From Hydrolagus affinis (lineage: Eukaryota): DNA of 64,000 bases. Where the stretch lies: the NCBI GenBank assembly GCA_012026655.1, contig JAAILG010001265.1:1-64000 (forward strand). Direction: 5' to 3'. This document shows, one piece after another, positions 1 to 13,100 of the stretch (position 1 is its first letter; each line of letters starts with the position of its first letter). The notes beneath the pieces are model-generated. The model worked only from the letters and a program-made list of their open reading frames with translations, had not been told where the DNA came from and made no database searches. The translations under genes were made by a program, and so were the position numbers.

Positions 1-3000
1 TTAGCATTACAGTGAACCTAATAGGCTCATATAGTTGCTGGTGCTGATAGGTTGGGTTGAAGTTGAGTGTTTCTTCAGAGTTGGTTCTGCCTCAGGGAGA
101 CATCGTCACCCCCAGAGAGATTATTGTTAGATGGCACTCATTGTATTGACCAGGATCCAAATCCAAAAACATAATGGGCAGGAGGCCTGGTTTGCAAATG
201 ACTTTAGTTGATGATCCTTACCCAAAAGGCATGCCTCAGCATTTGACATGGATGATGTTCCTAAACTAAAATGTTTTTCTTCAAAGAAAAGAAGTGCCAG
301 GTTTGGTACCTTGTACTTTGAAGAGGTTTTCTTAAACATTTTTTTCCTTCTTGTGTAACAATAACCCCTTCCCCATAGACATTCACCACATTTTATAGCC
401 AAATGCCTGGATAAATGTAGGAGTAATTATAATTGAGGAAATTGCTAATACAATCCTGAGATTCTCTTTTAAAACAGACTACCCAGTTATTTGAGGTGCA
501 TTTGGCTTCAAATATTTTTAAAAAAATTCTCATTCAGGTAGAATAAGACTTGTTTCGAGAGATCTTTTGATGTAGAATAAAATATTCAGAAAGTTTAGGC
601 ACCTCCTAACATGCACAGGACAGAACCTCTTACTATGCAACAATGCTGATTTGCTTACAGCTGTATAAATCAGGTAACAAAGGGAAAGGGAGGAATGAAA
701 TTTGCACTCAATCAGAAATCTCTCAATCAGAATTTCATGTCATGAATGAGTAGTACGTGAATGAAAGGAGTTGTGTTACCAGCGGTGAACAAGTAACTTC
801 TAATACTTTAATTGCAAGAGTATTGGAATAGAACAATTGAAATAATTTGAATGAGGAGCATATTAATTAAGCTCCGCCATTTGCCTTGTGTGAAGAAACT
901 ATACAAGTGCAATTAGTAGTTGTTCTATCCTTTGTGTCTAATTATGATTAAAATCTAAACAGATTTTTATAATGCCGAACAATTTTGCATTTGTTTTATA
1001 AATAAACAGAAATTCATTTCTGTAACTATCTGAATTTTGGCCGCCTGTACAACAAACCAATGTCCAAATAAATGGACAAAGTTTCTTTGTTTGGCAAGCA
1101 ATAAATGTATGTAATGTTATGCCTGCAATTCCCTTTGGGTTAAAATACAATTAAATCTAGTTTCACCAAAGTAGCTTATCAATGAAATATTTTGCTAAGT
1201 GCAACAGGGAACTTGTGTCACATACCATGCTGTTTGACCTTGTGTAGTCAGTCATAAGCCTCTTGATATTATTGATTTTGCCCTGTTTTAAAATTTAAAT
1301 GATTTAAGGTTCAATCTCAGCATTGCAGAAAATAACACTGCGTACCGGAGATGGAGCTTTCCCAGCAAGTATGGGTGTTTAAAAGTTTACAGCTCTTAGT
1401 GTGAAGTTGCAGTGCACACTGTTTCCTGTGGAGCCATTCTGGCATCCTCTCCCTAACCGTGACATCATTAGAACAGACTGTCAGAGGGAGATCTGAGTCC
1501 AGACTTTGCACATGATTTCTTTTGTTCTGTAGATATCTGAATCTCTTGGAGTTCAGTCTATACCTACATGTTTTTTTTTACATACTGTTTGTCCTGTGGA
1601 TATTGAAGATGCAGCAAATAGAAAATTAAGTCACAACATGATTTTTAGATAAGCTTTCAAAATTACTATTACTGCACAATAAAAGTTGGTCTCCAGTGAG
1701 AGAAGGAACAAATTCCCACATATTGGACAATCCAAGATGTTTATTGCTTCCATTCTGTTGGATACAATGGACATTTATTTATAAATATGTCTGCCACAAA
1801 TCCTACTTTAAATGCAAACTGTATATGAAGGAGAATTCCACCGTCTTTACCCAAAAATGGGGAATTCAGTTTTAAATTTCTCCATGCTCTCTCTTTCCCC
1901 GCCCCCCCCACTCCCTTAGATACTATCAACCAAATATTATTCCTCAGAGTACTTAACATGAAGAACAGTATGTAGAACTGCCCACCCACCAATGTGGCTA
2001 TGTCTGTGGCGAATATTTGAACAAAATGTATTGTATCTTAAAATGTTTAGAGTGAGAATAATTAAGATTTGGGGGAGAAAAACACCCCGTGCAGTAATTC
2101 TGCAATCATTAAAACCCTGGTTGGTTCTTGAAAAATAAAGTCTTGATGTTGTACAATGTATCCACAAGAAAAGTACATCTAACTGCAAGGCAGAAATATT
2201 TCCACAATGCTATATTATTTAACTGCATGGCTGATCAAACAATAATATATGCTGCCTTGTTTTAAGAATGAACACATCTGTGTTTACAATAAGCTTCAGA
2301 GCAATCATTAATCTTGTGCTGATAAGAAATCTTTTCAAATAGACATTTCCAGATGTGTATCTTAGCCTTGAAGCTAAGCCATGGGTATTTGCTGATTTTT
2401 AAGCTTTTTATTTCAGTACAATTAATGCATTATAATTAATACACAAGTTTTCATGAATGAAAAATGTCAGTAAATGTAGTTGGTGGAATAATGAACTTGT
2501 ACCTTCATTTCTTCAAATGTTCAAAGGAAGAAGGGTACTCTTGTTAGAACAGGAGGAGATTTATTGTATGCTGGCATTAGTATTAAGCCTTTTGAAATGA
2601 TTTCTTAAAACATTTTTTCATATTATTCTTGATCTAGAAACCACATTCAATGTTTGCACTGTTTACTGGAGAAACTGTGTTGAAACTTTAAAGTTCATTA
2701 GAAACCTGCCTTTTCTTTTTCAGCATATATTTCTGGTGGTGCCATTTGATATTTTAAGTCTTTTTAATGGAACAATCTTGTAAATTGTTTGATTGGAATA
2801 TATGTCTAACCCTCCAGGGAATGATAGCACCAATATCATCCACTATTGGCATGGAGGTGTAAATCACAAATATAAAACCCATCCACATTGTATGTCACTT
2901 ATGGGTGATTTGTAGTTTTGACAGCATTTGTGCTGAGTGATTGATTGCAAAAAGATTTTCAGTTTAAAAATTTGTGAATGTAATGATTAAATATCGGATT

Positions 3001-4003
3001 TTAGTATAGTAAAGTGGGAATGGTATTTAAGGAGATATTTTTAAAGGAATTGTTTATGCAAGGATGAATGGGGATGAGGAAACTGGAATGATTATGAGGT
3101 TGATAGTATTTTGACAGTTTTTCACTTGGCTTTTTATCCCTCTTATTTTTAATTGAACATAATTCCTTTAGTTTTGTTTACACAAAATAAATATTCATTA
3201 TGTTCAAAAATTTCGAACATGAAAGGTTTGAAGTAATACAACTGATTTGCAGGAATTTTTTAATGAGGTTATCATGTTGGAGCTATAATGTCAAACTGCA
3301 AGGGAATTTGGAGCTAAGTATATTGCAACATATATGGTAAGGACTGAGTAATGTAAATTAAATCACAACAGCACCTATGAGCTTCAATACCTTGGTTGAA
3401 ACCGTGAGATTTGAAGACAGTTGGAGCAATAGGGAAAAGGTCAGAGAAAGCTAAGAAATCGAGGTGTGACTTTGTCATGCTGCCAAAGTGGAAAATTGAA
3501 TAGCACTAGAGGATGATTTAAAAACTAAATTAATTATTCAGTGAGATACGGATGATGTAAGTCTTAGCTCAGATCTGAACAATTACTTTTCAAAAGTTCA
3601 ATACAAAATTTTTCACATTTTACTTTGCTCGTGACTTAAGGCAAAATTATAGCCCACATGAAATGCTTTTTGTCGTGGTTCAAACTAATAATTGTTACCA
3701 ATTGACTATTTAGTGTACTTTATAATCTACTGACAAACATTACAATTAGAGGTGCAAATTTTGATTGTTCCGTTTATACTGTACTGAATATTTGTTTTAC
3801 AATTGATGATGATAAAAATGCAAAGACTATTTTCAAATGGTCAGATTGCCTTCTCTGTAGACCTCCTGCTTCAGAAAATATTCAACTGACTTGACAGTTT
3901 TAGCAAATGAAATAACATTTGGATTCATTGAAACAGCAGTCATACAAAGATTGTTCAAATCTTTGCTGAGTGATGCAAAATAACATTGCTCCCTCTTTTG
4001 TAG

Positions 4004-4180
4004 AGAAGAACTCAGCATATACCATACAGGAACAGTAAACTGACTCGACTATTAAAGGATTCCTTGGGAGGAAATTGCAGGACAATAATGATAGCTTCAA
4101 TTAGCCCATCTTCTAGATGCTATGACGACACATATAATACTTTGAATTATGCCAATCGTGCAAAGGCCATCAAATCTTCA
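4004..4180 (+). CDS. KIF18A: KIF18A exon, end of motor domain ([59 protein letters not shown])
   Basis: ccctcttttgtag acceptor, gtaagt donor, 177 nt, phase 0-0; canonical kinesin motifs. Confidence 0.97.
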
Positions 4181-7100
4181 GTAAGTTTTCTATATCATAA
4201 GATTTCACAACAAAACAGAAGACTTGCAAAGTTAGAATTTAATAATGCTTTGTTGTTTTTGTATTTTTACTGAAATGGTTGTTAGAGGATATTTGCATTC
4301 ATATTTTCATAGTAGCATTTTATATTAAACTTATAGCAACATTTTTCAGAGCACCTTTTAAAGATGATCAAGATATGATGTAAAACAGCAGCATAAACAG
4401 TTTATGGACAATTTTCAACACTTAACTGATCAATGCTACCAGTAATAGTGATTTAATAGAGACAGTGAAAAGTATCTTGGATTACATTAACTTGGCTGTA
4501 CTTTCTGCTTAATATAATCTGTAATATCTTTATATCCCCAGCTGAAGAGCAATGTTTTGAATCTGGATTACCATGTCAGCAAATATGCAAAGATTTGTGA
4601 AGAACAAAGAAAAGAGGTTAAGTAAATGTCACATAAATGCAGCATAACTATTACCTTTTATGATTTAAAAAATCTAAATAAAATGAGTCTTTCAATCTCT
4701 TCACTGTATATTTCTGAAATAAATTCACTTCAAATTACTGGGGGAAGTTTTTTGTGTAATTCAGCACAACAATTAGGTGAACTGTGAATATGTTTGGTAG
4801 TTCAAGTCCAAGATTCTCAGACATTTCATGTTGTATCTGTTTTGCAGATCATGGAGCTCAAAGAGAAACTGAAGAATTATGATATTGAAAAATTGGTGAA
4901 TCCTAACACCCATGAGCTAAGGTTTACAGCTGGTACAGGTCTACAACAAGCGGAAATTGAAAGGTAAATCTACAGTGGAGGCAAGATAATCATGCATATT
5001 TGATCAGGAATTCAATGTATTTTGTGATGTAAGTTTGCAAAATAATTGTTGCAGAATGCCCAAAACACAGATTTTTTTTTTTAAGTGCATCTGCCACTCC
5101 CTGCTATCATTTTGAGTGGTGGTGAGAGAGGGAAAAAAATGAATGGAAAATGTGTTAACATCACAATATGTGCGTGGAAGATGTGCACAGTTTCATTTGA
5201 TGCAAGTAGGGACTGGAAACAATCTGAAGGCACTTCTTCAGTTTGGCCTTCTGGACTCCAACCCCCTCAGATGGGCAATATAAAACCAATTCAACATCCA
5301 GTTATAATTCAGAAAAATGATGTAATTACGGTATGTATAATTATGTGCTGGATGTAGCACCTCACATACGTTTATAAGTCAACAATAAAACTACATTTGT
5401 TTCGTGCCTTGCACGTCGGGCAGATGTCCCAAGGCGCTGAAAAGGCACAATTCAGGTTTCGATGTCGTCACTGAAGCTAGGTTGCACCGTCAGCTTTTGG
5501 AGCTGCACATCAGCATCAATCCCAGAGTATTTACCTGAAATTGAAAACCATGAGACAGAATAAAAATTGGGCAACCACCTTCATTGATATTCGATCTCTA
5601 AATGGTCAAGGGGGTGAGAAGGTGTACTAATTAACACATCAGAATTTGCTAGTCTTGTTTTTAGAATTCCTCCAGATCACAGGTCAAAATAGTACCTGCA
5701 AGATCTGACATTTTGGCAGTAGAGCTACTGTTTTACAATTCACTGGCAGAGTGTCATCACTCACATTGTACAAGTGAATTCACTGTGTCAGTATGAATAA
5801 GCCATTATGTGATGGCAAAGACCTCAAGAAGGAAAGATGGGGGGAGGGGGGATTGTGTTCACTGACATAAGTAGAATAATAGAATACAAATACTTGCATT
5901 TGATATACCCTCTTATCATGTTAGGAGGATGTCTCAAAGCTAAAAATTAAAACAAAATCAAAACTTGATTTTTAAAAAATCTTTATATTACTTTTATATT
6001 CTCGAATCTACATTAAACAGAAATTGGGGTAATCAGTTGTTTGTACACAGATGCTTGAAAAAAGCATTTAGTAGTTCTACAGTTCCTGTAGAAAATCTGA
6101 AGTACTGTATTAAGATTGGTTCTTTGCAGTCTCTTGCATCAGTGCCTGGAACATACAGTAGTTCTGAGAGATGTAAATGTCCCTTTGTATCAATATTTTA
6201 AGAGTTTGGCAACAATAACATACCATGTACGTCATAGAGTTAGATTAAGAAGTACGGTCACGTCTCTTAACTTTTTTAAAACAAGAGGGTTGACTCAGTG
6301 CTATTCCCCTGTGTATATCTCACATAGAAACAGAATGCATAAATAAGATTTTTTTCAAAAAAGCCCAAGTAAATCTAAAGATAACATATAAAATGGTTTA
6401 ATGTTTGTAAATTAGATGAGGTGCAAGAACATTTTGACTTTTATTTCAATGTTTGTACCCTAGGGGTAATCAAAATGCAGACCAGTCTGGTTCTAAACTC
6501 CAGAGGCAATTTTTATCGAAATCTTTTGTGACCATAGGCCATTTTTTAATTTAAAATAGAAACATCCTGATTGAGACATAACTATGTGCCACACCACAAA
6601 TTAGTGGTCTTTAGCTACTCTACCCAGAACATCTGAGACCGTCTGCCTCAATCCCTCGCCTTGTTTTTTCCCTTTCCTCTTTATCTGTGGCTGTGATCAG
6701 CTCCCTATTTCCCCCTGGTTTGGCAACAAGCTGCATTGTTATTTACCCCCTCCAAGACACTACCCAATGTGTAGGTTGTTATGGTTTTTGAATTACCCTT
6801 TTAAAATGATTTGACATAAACGTTTCACTTATTGGTCAGCCTTTTCCTCTTTCAGAGGGATATTTGATTTTAAATTGATAATGCTCCCACACAACACTTC
6901 AAACATGTGGGAGGCTAATTAGGCCGTACACTTCAAGGAGATTTCACAGGCAAGTCAATCTAATCTTGAGGTATATTATCAGATACTAGTAAGAATTTTC
7001 CTATTTGCCTTGATATTGGTACAAACTCTTTCTGACAATGCTTATCTGTGGTAGATGCTTTCTTCAGTGGGTACTTCACGTAGAGCCAATTGGCTTGTCA

Positions 7101-10100
7101 ATATTACTATTCGTGTTTTGATGTCCATTCAATTTCAGAATGTGAGTTATAATCCAGGTGGCTCTGGAAATCTCCCTGAACATTGCTCAAATATTTCAAT
7201 CTTCCATGTCAAGAGTAGAATTCTAGCTCAGTGTGGGATGGAGGGGGAAGGATTATTACTTTCAGAATTCAAACTAACTCTTGCTGTGAATATAGATCTA
7301 AAATAGTGATACAGTAAAAGCCTGTTTATCCGGTACCCTCGGAACCTGGTCAATGCCGGTTAAAGTGTCTGCCAGATATTCGTCTGAAAACGCCAAAATG
7401 CAAAAAAAAATGCATTTTTCCGGATAAATTACAGTTAATCGAATGCGGACTTTTTTTTTTGCGATGCCAGTTATACGGAAGTTACAGTTGATTGGTGCCG
7501 GATAAACTGGCTTTTACTGTATATTAATACTGTAATATGCTGCATATTTATTAAAAATTGTTTTTAAGATTTGAAGAAGTTCTCAAGAATATCTTCAGCA
7601 AACGGCAGCAAATCAGGAATGAGAATTTGGACTTGGAACTGGAACTCAAGGAGATGGAACTGAAATCTTATTATCACAAACGAGACAATCAGCAAATCCA
7701 ACTAATTTGCTCTGAACAAATCACCCAGAAGGTGAGAAAATTGGAGGTGGAGCACATGTGAAAAAGCAGACTTTAGAAACGTAGGAGTGGAAAAGTAGGA
7801 ATGGAAACTGATAGTATTATAAATGAGATAGAGAAAATATAAAACAATACTTATAGATATGCCAAAGCAGCAGCATAAGAGGGCACAAGTGGTGAATGAA
7901 ACATGAAGTACTTCATTATAAGTATTCAGTAAATTAGACAGCATTTTCTGAATCCATTTGGATCTGTAAGTCATAATGTTCAATGTTGCCCTGTTATTCA
8001 CCCTGTGTATATAGCAATGACCTTGGATGAGTCAGCAAGCCACACACACCTCAATATAGTCAGAAAGAAAAACACAAAATCTGAAGTAACAGAAAATGAT
8101 GGAAACTGAGAAGATCAATCAGTTCTTCACAAAGCACAAAGCACTAACCCAAGGGAAAGATGGGTTAGTGCTTTGTGTGTGATTATGACTATTCACTGAA
8201 GCTTTCCAGACAATGGAAATCTATTCAACAAAGCTAATGAAACTGGGCTACATCTTCAAGACATTCAAATATTGGTTTAAAGAAGTTATTCCAGTTTTGT
8301 GTAGATCACTGGTGAGTCTACATTTATAGTACTGGGAAGGGTGTATTCGTGGAATTTTACCTTTGGAATAAATCAGTGAATTTAAAAGTGTTCAGTAAAG
8401 ACAGGCAAGATGATTTCTAGTTAGAATATTAAAGGGCATTGACCCTTAAGTTGGGAGCTTGAATGGTAGGTTGTCATCAAGTCTTCAAAATGCCAGTATA
8501 ATACCCAAAGGACTAACTCGGGGAAATGGCTGGAACTTTGGAAAGATTTGCATGTCCTGAGTCAGTTTCAGGCTTAATGTATTGTCATTGTTTTACCTAC
8601 AACTCTTAAAGGAAGGGTGCTAAATTGTATGGTACAAGTCACAAAATACAGTCATATTTTATAATGGCACTGATCAACTGTATTTTTAATTTGATATTTA
8701 GGCATTGTGGAAACATGAACACCGGCTTGCAAAGATAAATGCTCATTGCCTGCCTATTCAAGAGATGAAAAAAGCTTCAGAGGAATTGTTTGAAGAGAAC
8801 AGTAGTTGGCTTCAACGAGTTGAGAGGGAAATTTGTTTGTTAAGCCAAGACAAGAAGATGCCTCGGGTAAGACTGAAATAAGTTTGGGCTTATGGGGAGA
8901 GCCGGGGAGTGGGATTGACTTTGAATAGCTCTTTTCAAGGAGCCTTCACAGACACGATGGGCTGAATGGCCTCTTTTTGTGCTGTATGATTCTATTATTC
9001 TGATATTCTGAACCCCTTACATCACCAGTGTTTTACAAACCTCCCCAGAAGTGAGTGACTGAATTTGAAAATACTTCCGGCTTGGTTTTGAATATCCTTG
9101 TTACATCATCATCAGAATTTGCAGGATATTCCTTGAAACTTGTCATCTAATTGTTTTACCCCATTTGCCTCAGTCTCAAGCTCACTATGTAAAAGAAATA
9201 CATCAACTTCCTCAATAGCACCAAATGTTACATATCTGTAACTTTACCATCCCAACTCTCACCAGGCTTCACCAATTCCTAAGCAATCTAGTGCATGACA
9301 GGCATCCTCATCTACAAATCTCTTAAACCTGTATCTCTGCAAGATCCTCACCTCAACCAAAATGTCTGCCCCCTCCGTTCAGCAGGCTCCAGCCTGCTTC
9401 GTGTCCCCCGCCCACCGTTGCCAAGTGAGCCTTTAGCCACTCTGCCACCACCTTTGTGGAGCTCCATCCCACAGTCCCTCCGCCTTGCCCGATCCCTTCA
9501 GGGCCCTCCTCTTCAACTGTGCTTTCAATAAACCTTCCCCCCGCCTTCCACCAGACCCACAGCTCAGGTCCGAAATACTGTGTCCAGTGCCTTAGGACGT
9601 CCTCTTGATGTGAATGGCGCTATACAAATGTAATTTTTTTGTTGCTGTTAATGCCCTCACACCTCCGTCTCCTTTTCTACCCACTCTTTCGGTGAAGTTA
9701 CATACCATGATTATGGATATTGAATTCACTCTTACAATTATGTATTTGCTTGATTAATAGGTTCTTCAGCAAGATTTACATTGCAGGCATTTAAAGATGG
9801 AAGTAATGGACTTAAAGCGACAAATTGGGCATATGATTCGATTGCTTTCTTTCCAAGAATCAGAGAATAAACGAACTGATAAGTAAGCCAGTTACCATAA
9901 ACATACGGCAATATTTTAGTCTGAGTCATTGCACTGCATTCCAATAAGCAATTTGTAATTAAATATACAGATTATTTCATTTAATTAATTTATATGGAAA
10001 GTTCTAATTGAACTAGTGCTACAGATTAATTTATTGCAATAAAAAATCTGCACTGTTGTCACAGCAAGATATACAGTAAAAGCCCGTTTATCCGGTACCC

Positions 10101-13100
10101 GATCAACCGTAACTTCCATATAACCGGCATTGCAAAAAAAACGTACACATTCGATTAACCGGAATTTATCCAGAAAAATGCATTGAATTTTTTTTTTTGC
10201 GTTTTTGGCCAAATATCCGGCAGGCGCTATAATCGGCATTGGCCAGGTCCCGAGGGTACTGGATAAAAGGACTTTTACTGTATCTGTATAAATAATATAA
10301 AATAGTCACAAATAGATCAAATAGTGATGTTAGAAGAAATGTCTTAATGCAGAAAGTTGTGGGAATGTGGAACTTGCTACCACAAGGAGATGTTGAGGCA
10401 AATAGCATAGATGTATTTAAGGGGAGCTAGATAGGTACATAAGGGAGCAATGAATAGAAGGTTATGCTTTATAGGCTTTAGTTGAGGAACGGGCAGGAGG
10501 AGGCTCATGTGGAGCATAAATGTTGGCATAGACTAGCGGGGCTGAATGTGCTGTATATAGTACATTCTACTGTACATTCTAATATTTATTGAAATGTGTC
10601 AGTTCTCTTCCAATATTTGATATGATCAATTTGAACTACTTAATAATTGACTTGTATTCATTTACAGTCTTGTAAATGCATTGCTTCCTGCATTCCGGCA
10701 TCAATATTATTCATTGAAAGAAATTGGACATGCATCGGCAGCAACTGACTCTCAGTTTATGAAGATAGAACAACTAGTTCAGCAAGAAAAAGGAGTGGTA
10801 TGGGCAGACAAGACTGTGGAATTACCGGAAATAGCATTGGATGATCAGCTGGATCTTTCCTCCACCATAAGCTTCTCACAACTTGGCTATAGCCAAGACA
10901 TACCATGTCGTACGTATATTCGTTATGCTGTGTTATTGTATTGCTTTCACTGGAGGAATAGAATATTGTCAGGTGAAGCAAAACTCTATTCTTTTAAATT
11001 CTACTTTAATCCTGATACGAATCATTATTGAAATAATTAACGTAACATTGTTACATTGAGACATCCTCCTGGTGCTACCTAAATTAATTTTGTTGTAACC
11101 TTTTAGATGGCATTAGCAGATGGTTAATAGTCACATTAGAATGGCAGTAAAAAGATTAGCTATTTTTGTATTAAATTCTTGACATACTGCAAATTAAAGC
11201 TGATAGGAACAAAATACACTTATTTTGCTTTCGCTGGTCTGTCCCTAAGCCTTCTCACGCAATATCCACGCACAAGTTATAGTGCTTCAGTTGATTAGCA
11301 TTTTGGTTCCCAAAAGTTCTACTGTGCTACCGTTTAGGACATTTTATTAAAGCATTTGTCTGACTTATGTTTAATTGCTTATGTTGTTGATATGATTTTG
11401 TTTTGTTTGCACATATTTAGGTATAACAAATACACCTTTAAGAAGCCTGCTCAAGAATCGTGTAGCACTCCGAAAGGACAGTCCTTTTGTTCAAATAAAA
11501 TCATCAAAAGGTAGGTGGAATGTCCGCAGGTTACAAAAACATCTATTGATACACAATGCCATCATGTCCTGTCATCACAATGGATTTGTAACTAAAATGC
11601 ATTCTTTTGAATGCATTCATTTCTATAGCAACCTTTCAAGGCCTCCCGATGTGAAAGGCTATGGATAGCAATTGAAATCATATATTGTGATAATGAATAG
11701 GTGCCTTGTAGAATTGCAAGCCTTTGACATTACTAACCCATAAGTACATCTGATGTGGTCCAAATAAAATGGGTTCTTTGGCCAATGATCCTATAATATT
11801 GTTCCTTGATCCATAAATGTTGTTTTTAAAACGCAAAACTTATTTGTTTTATTTTACTGCTCCCTTTTTCCTGCTGTTTGTCTATACTTTTAGTTTTGCT
11901 TTGGCATATTCAGATAAATTAAGGTTGTGCTGTGCTTTTAAATGAACCATTGCAATTCTGCTCATTTTTATCACTGCAAAGTCGATGTAGCAAGAACATG
12001 TGCTTGAAACCCATTATATGAGGCACTAATCATTTTCTTGTTGTGTGTTTACGTTCAGAAGGGACAATACTGTTTTGCATCATAAACCACTCAACACTAA
12101 TCATTGAAAAGACTTTTGCATTTTAGATTTGTTCCCTTGCAGATCTTTTAGAACTGCAGCTGAAAATCTATAGAGAATGCTAAAGCCATTGAACATTTTG
12201 TTTATGAGAAGCCTCATTATAGAGTATCCATGCTTGTGAATACAAACCCTTGTGCAAGCATTCTTGGGGAAGATTTTTAAGCTCATGAATTCCTTGTGAA
12301 TCTTTCAGTTTTGATTTTTCATTGTCTCATGGCACCGTTCGGATGTTCTGGAGGATGAAACTAGGGCATTAGATACTTTAAGCTCGTCGATGTTTGAGCC
12401 TGACCTTGCAATGCATTCTTTCAACTAAATTCATGTAAAAAGTTACAAAGATGTATATGTATGTCTCACAGAGGACTCAATTTTTCATCCTTTTCCGTTG
12501 TTGGATACGCTTTGAGATGTCTAAAAGACATCAAAAGCATTATATCAAATGCAAGGATTCTTATTACCTTGTGTGCACAATGAGGGCATACACTACTTGA
12601 AGGCTGTATATAAATACAAATGTTCAATGCAAAATTGGCAAATCCACTTCAGTACAAAATAATCAATTCTCCCAGGTCAGGCATTGAAAAAATATTATTA
12701 TTTTAAAAAAAATTATACCTATAAAACTATTAGGATCCTTCTCCATTAGAATTTATATTTTAATATTACAGGTTTGTTAAGAGATATGGTAATATAAAAG
12801 TATGCACAAAATTTAAGGCTTTAAAAATCACATGTGATTTTAAGCTATAGACTACAACATATGTTAGGACACACATTTTGAATAATTTTAACTTAAAATT
12901 CCATGAATCATAATATTGCAAGCAATCAGATGTTTTGATTACTATCAGAACTGTGTCTTATTTGTATGCAGAATGTTTATTGAAGTACTTTTTTTTACTT
13001 TCGCTGTACAAAAGGCATTGCCCAGCACACCTCCTATAATTTAGCAGTTTCCAGAAATACCACTCAAGCATGTATTAATATATTTGAAAGAAGAAAGAAA

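Noticed and set aside
1-4003. Upstream KIF18A motor exon (expected NINRSLLALGNVINALAD-type sequence)
   Set aside because: Not found by eye; the region looks intronic, so earlier exons probably lie before the window.
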